From contig NZ_JAINDF010000001.1 in NCBI RefSeq assembly GCF_023006325.1, positions 30,863 through 54,862 on the forward strand: a DNA stretch of 24,000 nt, given 5' to 3'. The position numbers and the translations under genes are program-made. The notes below the pieces were generated by a model. The model did not search any database. It saw nothing but the letters and a program-made list of their open reading frames with translations, and was not told where the DNA came from. This DNA is from Kordiimonas marina. Its GTDB lineage: Bacteria; Pseudomonadota; Alphaproteobacteria; Sphingomonadales; Kordiimonadaceae. Positions 15,694 to 21,220 of the stretch are shown here, piece after piece; positions within the stretch are counted from its first letter, which is position 1; each line of letters starts with the position of its first letter.

Positions 15694-16426
15694 TATAGTG
15701 AATCAGGTTCGAGAGGAACGCCTTCACCACAGCCTGTACCCTTGTATGCACGCCAAGCTTTACCTTGGCGCTTTCCACATGGTTATGGACCGTGCGTTCG
15801 GCGATCGACAGAATCGCGGAAATCTCCCAGTCCGTCTTGCCCGCGGCCACCCATTCCAGGCATTCGCGTTCCCGGGTTGTCAGCTTGGTGATCGGCTCCA
15901 CCTGGCCATCGTTCTTATATTTCAGCCTGAGCGCCGCATCATGCAGATAAACGCTCATGAGATGGATGGCATGTTCAGCCGCCGGGTCGACATCCCGGTT
16001 TTCCCCGACCACATTCACAGCCCCTGGGAAAGCGCCAACCACATGGATCGGGACCGTCACGCCATACAGAAGCCCGGCATCTTCGGCCTCACTGAAAATC
16101 TCGCTCTGCTGGGCGTTCATGCCCTTGGTGACAATCTCGTTCTCCCAGTTGAACGGCAAATGCTGCTTCAAAGACACCTGCAGAATGCGGTCTTTGCGCT
16201 CATAGCTGTTCTCGAGATAATAATTGGTCCAGTCCTCGGGGTAATCGGCCAGGAAGACGGCCCCTTCCGGCATGGAGCCGAACTCGACGCAGGAGACGCA
16301 GGCATAATGTTCGAAGCCCAGCTTGCGCGCCGTATTCTGAAATGAACGGCCCAGGTCGTCCAAATTGTCGATCGTTTTGGACGATTCAATAAATTCCATT
16401 GCCAGTTGGAAATACTCAAGGTTCAT
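15689..16426 (-). CDS. luxR: LuxR-family transcriptional regulator (autoinducer-binding domain plus GerE-type HTH)
   Basis: Ligand-pocket residues have canonical spacing: W..YY (W57/Y61 equivalents), D at +13, W at +28 (LPFNWEN), and YGVTVPIH. The C-terminal HTH is LTTRERECLEWVAAGKTDWEISAILSIAERTVHNHVESAKVKLGV. The start is taken as MNLEYFQL (16426). The track start at 16534 adds 36 implausible residues. The symbol is family-level only. Confidence 0.88.
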   Translation of the reverse strand: MNLEYFQLAMEFIESSKTIDNLDDLGRSFQNTARKLGFEHYACVSCVEFGSMPEGAVFLADYPEDWTNYYLENSYERKDRILQVSLKQHLPFNWENEIVTKGMNAQQSEIFSEAEDAGLLYGVTVPIHVVGAFPGAVNVVGENRDVDPAAEHAIHLMSVYLHDAALRLKYKNDGQVEPITKLTTRERECLEWVAAGKTDWEISAILSIAERTVHNHVESAKVKLGVHTRVQAVVKAFLSNLIHYR

Positions 16427-16858
16427 AAAGGCAATATAGATGCCTGGGCATCTTCCCTGTTTTTCCGCCCCAGAAGACGGCCTACACCAAACCCGCTCAA
16501 ACACTTGTCTGGCCTCTGCCCCCAGGCCCCTCACCCAGGTTTCAGCGCCGAAGCCTCACCAAAACTGGCAAGAATTCCACTAAAGTGACAATTGACAGGT
16601 TAATAACGATTTAACCGCCTGCTTATGAAACAATCTACACTTTCAATTATGTCTTGCAAACATCCGCCGCGCCAAAACCTGTGTTTGTGCCCTTCCCTGA
16701 CGGGCGAAAAGGACCGCTCATGAAGGTCCGCCCCCACCGCCCACCAGCACACAACCTGCCTCAGGGTCGTTTTTTTCCTTCACGACCCGGAAAGCTCGTT
16801 TTATAAGGGGCGCAATTGGGCTTGACTGCCGCATTTTCAGAAAAGTTTGGGTTACCGC

Positions 16859-17407
16859 ATGTCAGACACCTACATCGACTATGACGCCAAAGTGCAGGAT
16901 GCCCTGCGCGGTGTCGTCCGTTCAGTCCTTCAGGACACCGAGCGTGACGGCCTCATGGGCGAGCATCATTTCTATATCGCCTTCAAGACCCAGGCGCCCG
17001 GCGTCAATATCCCCGCGAGCCTGATGAGCCGCTTCCCCGATGAGATGACCATCGTGCTCCAGCATAAATTCTGGGGGCTGAAGGTCTATGACGACCGGTT
17101 CGAGGTCGGCCTTTCCTTCAATCAGAAGCCGGAACATCTGGAGATCCCGTTCGATGCCGTGGTCGGCTTTGTCGACCCCAGCGTCCAGTTCGCGCTTCAG
17201 TTCCATGATGAAGGCGATGAAATCGACGCGGAAGAATTTGGCGAGAACGGCGAAATCGAGGATGGCGACATCGTTGCCGAGTTCGCCCCAGCCGTGGCCG
17301 AAGCGCCTGAAGCCAACGCACCGCAGGATAAAACCCCGGTAGACACCCCCCCGAGCAACGGCGATGGCGGCAATGTCGTCACGCTCGACGCTTTCCGCAA
17401 AAAATAA
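16859..17407 (+). CDS. sspB: ClpXP adaptor SspB, alphaproteobacterial type
   Basis: YDAKVQDALRGVVRSVLQDT...GEHHFYIAFKTQAPGVNIP..L..RFPDEMTIVLQHKFWGLKV..DRFEVGLSFN..PEHLEIPFDAVVGFVDPSV.FALQF closely resembles Caulobacter SspB-alpha as recalled from memory. It also has an acidic linker and a C-terminal tail VVTLDAFRKK that looks like a ClpX-binding peptide. Confidence 0.85.
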   Translation: MSDTYIDYDAKVQDALRGVVRSVLQDTERDGLMGEHHFYIAFKTQAPGVNIPASLMSRFPDEMTIVLQHKFWGLKVYDDRFEVGLSFNQKPEHLEIPFDAVVGFVDPSVQFALQFHDEGDEIDAEEFGENGEIEDGDIVAEFAPAVAEAPEANAPQDKTPVDTPPSNGDGGNVVTLDAFRKK

Positions 17408-17420
17408 AATCAGCATCGCC

Positions 17421-17461
17421 GGGGCGGCTCTCCGCCCCGCCCGCCCGAGCCACAGGCGGGC
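17421..17461 (+). terminator. Two tandem GC-rich hairpins between sspB and the fumarase gene (weak terminator or attenuator candidate)
   Basis: Hairpins are ggggcgg-ctct-ccgcccc (17421-17438) and gcccgcc-cgagccaca-ggcgggc (17439-17461). No U-tract follows either one. Confidence 0.25.
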
Positions 17462-17501
17462 TTGCCCCTAATTCCCAGTTCCTAATCTGAGGACCCGCAT
17501 C

Positions 17502-19112
17502 ATGACCGAATGGACCTATTCCAAGCTCTTCCAACTTGGCGAAGACAAGACCGAATACCGCAAGCTCACAAGCGACTTTGTCTCGGTGATCGAGGTGGAC
17601 GGCAAGCGCGTCCTGAAGGTTGAAGACGAAGGGCTGGAACTGCTGAGCCGCACCGCCATGTCGGACATTGCGCACCTCCTGCGGCCGAGCCACCTGAAGC
17701 AGCTTGCCAGCATCCTTGATGACCCGGAAGCCAGCGGGAACGACCGTTTCGTCGCGGAAGAGCTTCTAAAGAACGCTAACATCGCCGCGGGCCGCGTGCT
17801 GCCGAGCTGCCAGGACACCGGCACCGCCATCATCGTCGGCAAAAAGGGCCAGTATGTCTGGACCGACGGCGACGACGGCGCACCGCTGACCAAGGGCGTG
17901 ATGCGCACCTATACGGAGACCAACCTCCGCTATAGCCAGATGGCGCCCTTGAGCATGTACAAGGAAGTCAACACCAAGAACAACACCCCGGCGCAGATCG
18001 ACATCTATGCCGACAAGGGCATGGAATATAACTTCCTGTTCATGGCGAAGGGCGGCGGCAGCGCCAACAAGACCTACCTTTACCAGCAGACGCCCGCCAG
18101 CTTGCGCGAAGACAAGATGATGGCGTTCCTGGAGGAGAAGATCAAATCGCTTGGTACCGCGGCCTGCCCGCCCTACCACTTGGCGATCGTGATCGGCGGC
18201 CTGTCGGCGGAACAGAACCTCGCCACGGTCAAGAAGGCCTCTGCGCGGGACTATGACACCCTGCCGACCACCGGTGACGAAACCGGCCGCGCCTTCCGCG
18301 ATGTCGAAATGGAAGCTAAAATCCACAAGCTCACGCAGAACCTGGGCATCGGCGCCCAGTTCGGCGGCAAATATTTCTGCCACGACGTGCGGGTGATCCG
18401 CCTGCCGCGCCACGGCGCCAGCCTGCCCGTCGGCATCGGGGTTTCCTGCTCGGCCGACCGTCAGGCCAAAGCCAAGATCACCGAGGAAGGCATCTTCCTG
18501 GAGGCGCTGGAGACCGACCCGGCCAAATACATGCCGGAGATCGACCACAGCAAGCTGTCCGACCATGTGATCAAGGTCGACCTCAACCGCCCGATGAAGG
18601 ACATCCTGGCTGAACTGAGCCAGTATCCGATCAAGACGCGGCTGAGCCTGACCGGCACCATCGTGGTCGCGCGTGACCTGGCCCATGCCCGCGTGCAGAA
18701 GATGATCGAGGACGGCGCACCGATGCCGGACTATTTCAAGGATCACATCATCTATTACGCCGGTCCCGCCAAGACGCCGGAAGGCTATGCCTCGGGCTCG
18801 TTCGGGCCGACGACCGCAGGCCGGATGGACAGCTATGTCGGCCCGTTCCAGAAACTCGGCGGCAGCATGATCAGCCTCGCCAAGGGCAACCGCTCGCGCA
18901 TGGTCACCGACGCCTGCAAGGAAAACGGCGGTTTCTACCTCGGCTCCATCGGCGGCCCGGCGGCCATTCTCGCCAAGAACAACATCAAGCATGTCGAAGT
19001 GCTGGATTTCGAGGAACTGGGCATGGAAGCCGTGTGGAAGATCGACGTCGAAGACTTCCCCGCCTTCATCATCGTCGATGACAAAGGCAATGACTTCTTC
19101 AAGGACCTCTAA
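17502..19112 (+). CDS. fumA: Fumarate hydratase, class I (Fe-S dependent)
   Basis: 536 aa. [27 protein letters not shown] and the C-terminal beta-subunit-like region ([14 protein letters not shown]..., GPTTAGRMD) are typical of single-chain class I fumarases. Confidence 0.9.
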   Translation: MTEWTYSKLFQLGEDKTEYRKLTSDFVSVIEVDGKRVLKVEDEGLELLSRTAMSDIAHLLRPSHLKQLASILDDPEASGNDRFVAEELLKNANIAAGRVLPSCQDTGTAIIVGKKGQYVWTDGDDGAPLTKGVMRTYTETNLRYSQMAPLSMYKEVNTKNNTPAQIDIYADKGMEYNFLFMAKGGGSANKTYLYQQTPASLREDKMMAFLEEKIKSLGTAACPPYHLAIVIGGLSAEQNLATVKKASARDYDTLPTTGDETGRAFRDVEMEAKIHKLTQNLGIGAQFGGKYFCHDVRVIRLPRHGASLPVGIGVSCSADRQAKAKITEEGIFLEALETDPAKYMPEIDHSKLSDHVIKVDLNRPMKDILAELSQYPIKTRLSLTGTIVVARDLAHARVQKMIEDGAPMPDYFKDHIIYYAGPAKTPEGYASGSFGPTTAGRMDSYVGPFQKLGGSMISLAKGNRSRMVTDACKENGGFYLGSIGGPAAILAKNNIKHVEVLDFEELGMEAVWKIDVEDFPAFIIVDDKGNDFFKDL

Positions 19113-19132
19113 GGCCCCAAGACTTTAAGCGG

Positions 19133-19160
19133 AAAGGGCGGCCAATCAGCCGCCCTTTTC
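19133..19160. terminator. Rho-independent terminator between the convergent fumarase and decarboxylase genes
   Basis: gggcggc (19136-19142), loop caatca, gccgccc (19149-19155), then tttt. aaa precedes the hairpin. Confidence 0.7.
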
Positions 19161-19165
19161 ATTTA

Positions 19166-20536
19166 TCAGCCGATCACCGCTTCCTTGGCAGCCCGGATGG
19201 CGGCCAGAGACCGGTCGACATCCGCCTCGGTCGTGCGCCAGCTTGAAATCGCGATCCGGATGGCATCGCGCCCCAGCCAGTGGGTCGGCCCGAACCAGCA
19301 TTCGCCAGACGCCTCCACGTGCGCACGGATGGCCTTGAGCTCCTCCGGCGTGCCGATGGTCGCCACCACCTGGTTGAGCATAACATCATTCAGCACCTCG
19401 AACCCGATATCTTCAAGCCCGGCGGCGAAAGCACGCGCGTGAATGCGGAAGCGGTTAAACATATCGATCAATCCCTGACGGCCGAGGCTGGCCATCGCGG
19501 CCCACACCTCAACCCCGCGCGCGCGGCGGGACGATTCAGGCACCCGGTCTTTCGGCTCGCCCATCGCTTCCGGCAAATAGGCGGCTGAGATACCCATTGC
19601 CCGGTGAAGTGCTGCGGCTTCCTTCACGATCACGATGCCGCAGTCATAGGGCGTGTTGAGCCCCTTGTGACCGTCGGTCACCCAACTGTCGGCAAGCACG
19701 ATCCCTTCGGTCGTCTCGGCGAGGTCATCCAGCGCCAGCGCCCAAAGGCCGACGGCCCCGTCCACATGCACCCAGGCACCAACCTTGCGCGCCTCACGCA
19801 CGATGGCGCCGATCGGGTCGATGGAACCGGAATTCACATTGCCGCACTGGGTACAGACGAGCGTCAGCGCATCCAAAGGTGGCAGCGCATCCGCGCGCAT
19901 CCGGCCTTCACTGTCCACCGGCACACGCGTTACCCGGTTGCGGCCGAGGCCCAGCATCGCCAGGTCTTTCTCGATCGTGGCATGGACATCATCTGACACC
20001 ACGACCTTGATCTCCGGCGCGCCATAAAGGCCGTCCGCCTCCACGTCCCAGCCGGCGCGGGCGAGAAGCGCACTCCTGGCCGCGGCGAGCGCGGTGAAGC
20101 TGGCCACCGTCGCGCCCGTCGTCAGGCCCACGGCGCTTTCACGCGGCAGATCGAGGAAATCAAGCAACCAGCGGCAAGCGACATCCTCGATATAGGTGCC
20201 CGCAGGTGAGTTGACACTCGAAGTTACGACCTGGTCCCAGGCGCCCGCCAGCCAGTTGGCCGCCACGGTCACCGGCAGCGCACCCCCGATCACGAAGCCA
20301 TAATACCGGCCACCCGCGTTCGCCACTGTGGCCGGACTGCCCGCGCCATGCAGGCGGTCGATGACGTATCGCGGATCGATACCGACCTCCGGCAAGGCCT
20401 CATCGAACGCACTGAGCCCGGCGCGCGCGGCAACGCCGGGGAAAACCGGCATATCGGGCAGGCCCTCGATATAGTCGGCAGCATGGGCGGCGGCGAGGTC
20501 TAAAAGCGGCGCGTATCGGGGGTCCGTCATGGTCAT
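19166..20536 (-). CDS. Pyridoxal-phosphate-dependent decarboxylase family protein (fold-type I, group II decarboxylase-like); substrate unknown
   Basis: Candidate PLP-lysine block is SWVTDGHKGLNTPYDCG. There is also a Gly-rich TTGATVASFTALAAAR region, and the size is about 456 aa. The start ATG at 20536 overlaps the stop of the upstream regulator gene (ATGA). The track ORF reaching 20710 is an out-of-frame overlap artefact. Confidence 0.75.
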   Translation of the reverse strand: MTMTDPRYAPLLDLAAAHAADYIEGLPDMPVFPGVAARAGLSAFDEALPEVGIDPRYVIDRLHGAGSPATVANAGGRYYGFVIGGALPVTVAANWLAGAWDQVVTSSVNSPAGTYIEDVACRWLLDFLDLPRESAVGLTTGATVASFTALAAARSALLARAGWDVEADGLYGAPEIKVVVSDDVHATIEKDLAMLGLGRNRVTRVPVDSEGRMRADALPPLDALTLVCTQCGNVNSGSIDPIGAIVREARKVGAWVHVDGAVGLWALALDDLAETTEGIVLADSWVTDGHKGLNTPYDCGIVIVKEAAALHRAMGISAAYLPEAMGEPKDRVPESSRRARGVEVWAAMASLGRQGLIDMFNRFRIHARAFAAGLEDIGFEVLNDVMLNQVVATIGTPEELKAIRAHVEASGECWFGPTHWLGRDAIRIAISSWRTTEADVDRSLAAIRAAKEAVIG

Positions 20537-20847
20537 AAATCCTCGCTGATAGTCCGCTTGAGGCGGCTGATCGCCGCTTCGTCGCGGCGGTAGAAGGTCC
20601 AGCCCTTCTTGCGGGTGGGGATGATAAGCCCGGCGTCCGCCAGCACCTTGAGGTGCCGGGCCGCCGTCGGTTGGCTGACCCCCAGCTTGTCGGTGATGAA
20701 GTTGGCGCATACGCCGTCGGTGATCAGGTCGCCATCCACCTGCGGCGGAAAGTTGCCCACAGGGTCCTTCAGCCAGTCCAACACCTGAAGCCGCTTGTCA
20801 CTCGCCAGTGCCTTCAGGGCCATTTCAATCTGCTTGTCTATCGTCAT
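20533..20847 (-). CDS. ArsR/SmtB-family HTH transcriptional regulator (non-canonical; a single Cys)
   Basis: LKALASDKRLQVLDWLKDP...VCANFITDKLGVSQPTAARHLKVLADAGLIIPTRKKGWTFYRR has the wHTH pattern of the ArsR family. It carries an insertion of about 18 aa (VGNFPPQVDGDLITDG) before the recognition unit. Confidence 0.8.
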   Translation of the reverse strand: MTIDKQIEMALKALASDKRLQVLDWLKDPVGNFPPQVDGDLITDGVCANFITDKLGVSQPTAARHLKVLADAGLIIPTRKKGWTFYRRDEAAISRLKRTISEDL

Positions 20848-20865
20848 ATAGCAATATTGCTATAT
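20846..20865. promoter_or_regulatory. Perfect 20-bp palindrome, candidate operator of the ArsR-family/decarboxylase operon
   Basis: atatagcaat|attgctatat has 10-bp perfect arms. Its left edge overlaps the regulator start codon (20845-20847). Confidence 0.55.
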
Positions 20866-20974
20866 AGATGACAAAACGACAAACCAGTTTTCGTTGCCGC
20901 CGCCATAAGCGGAGATTGAACAGGCTTGCGTCAAGCGGCTTGACCTCAGGCGCCACCGGTGCAACATCGGGGAC

Positions 20975-21208
20975 ATGCTGAACCTTGAAGACGCAAAGCT
21001 TGAAAAACATTCGGTGACCATCGCCGGGCACCGCACGTCTATTTCGCTGGAAAAAGGCTTCTGGCGGCACCTGCGCGTCATTGCCGAAGCGGACGGCCTG
21101 TCGATCAATGAACTGGTCCGGCAGATCGACGAGGCCCGGGCAGGTTCGTTAAGCGGGGCGCTCAGGGTGCTGGTGCTCCAGCATCTGGAAAGCAAGGCGG
21201 GGGCTTAA
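20975..21208 (+). CDS. Ribbon-helix-helix domain protein (RHH_4-like small DNA-binding protein)
   Basis: KHSVTIAGHRTSISLEKGFWRHLRVIAEADGLSINELVRQIDEAR..SLSGALRVLVLQHL matches the pattern recalled for alphaproteobacterial RHH proteins (GHRTS.SLE..FW..L..IA). ATG 20975 is the first possible start after an in-frame stop. The SD is poor. Confidence 0.65.
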   Translation: MLNLEDAKLEKHSVTIAGHRTSISLEKGFWRHLRVIAEADGLSINELVRQIDEARAGSLSGALRVLVLQHLESKAGA

Positions 21209-21220
21209 GCGCCCCTTCCC

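Noticed and set aside
16625-16723. A 32-codon plus-strand sORF (MKQSTLSIMSCKHPPRQNLCLCPSLTGEKDRS) in the luxR-sspB spacer
   Set aside because: It has no Shine-Dalgarno, no supporting promoter -10 element, and its composition is not distinctive. It cannot be supported from sequence alone.
13600-16860. The quorum-sensing block as a bona fide integrative island or prophage remnant at ssrA
   Set aside because: No integrase, excisionase, transposase or phage gene was seen, and I could not find a direct repeat of the ssrA 3' end at the distal boundary. It is kept only as a hypothesis in the findings.
17766-18992. A 408-aa minus-strand ORF
   Set aside because: It is antisense to the class I fumarase gene and shows the typical high-GC shadow-ORF composition.
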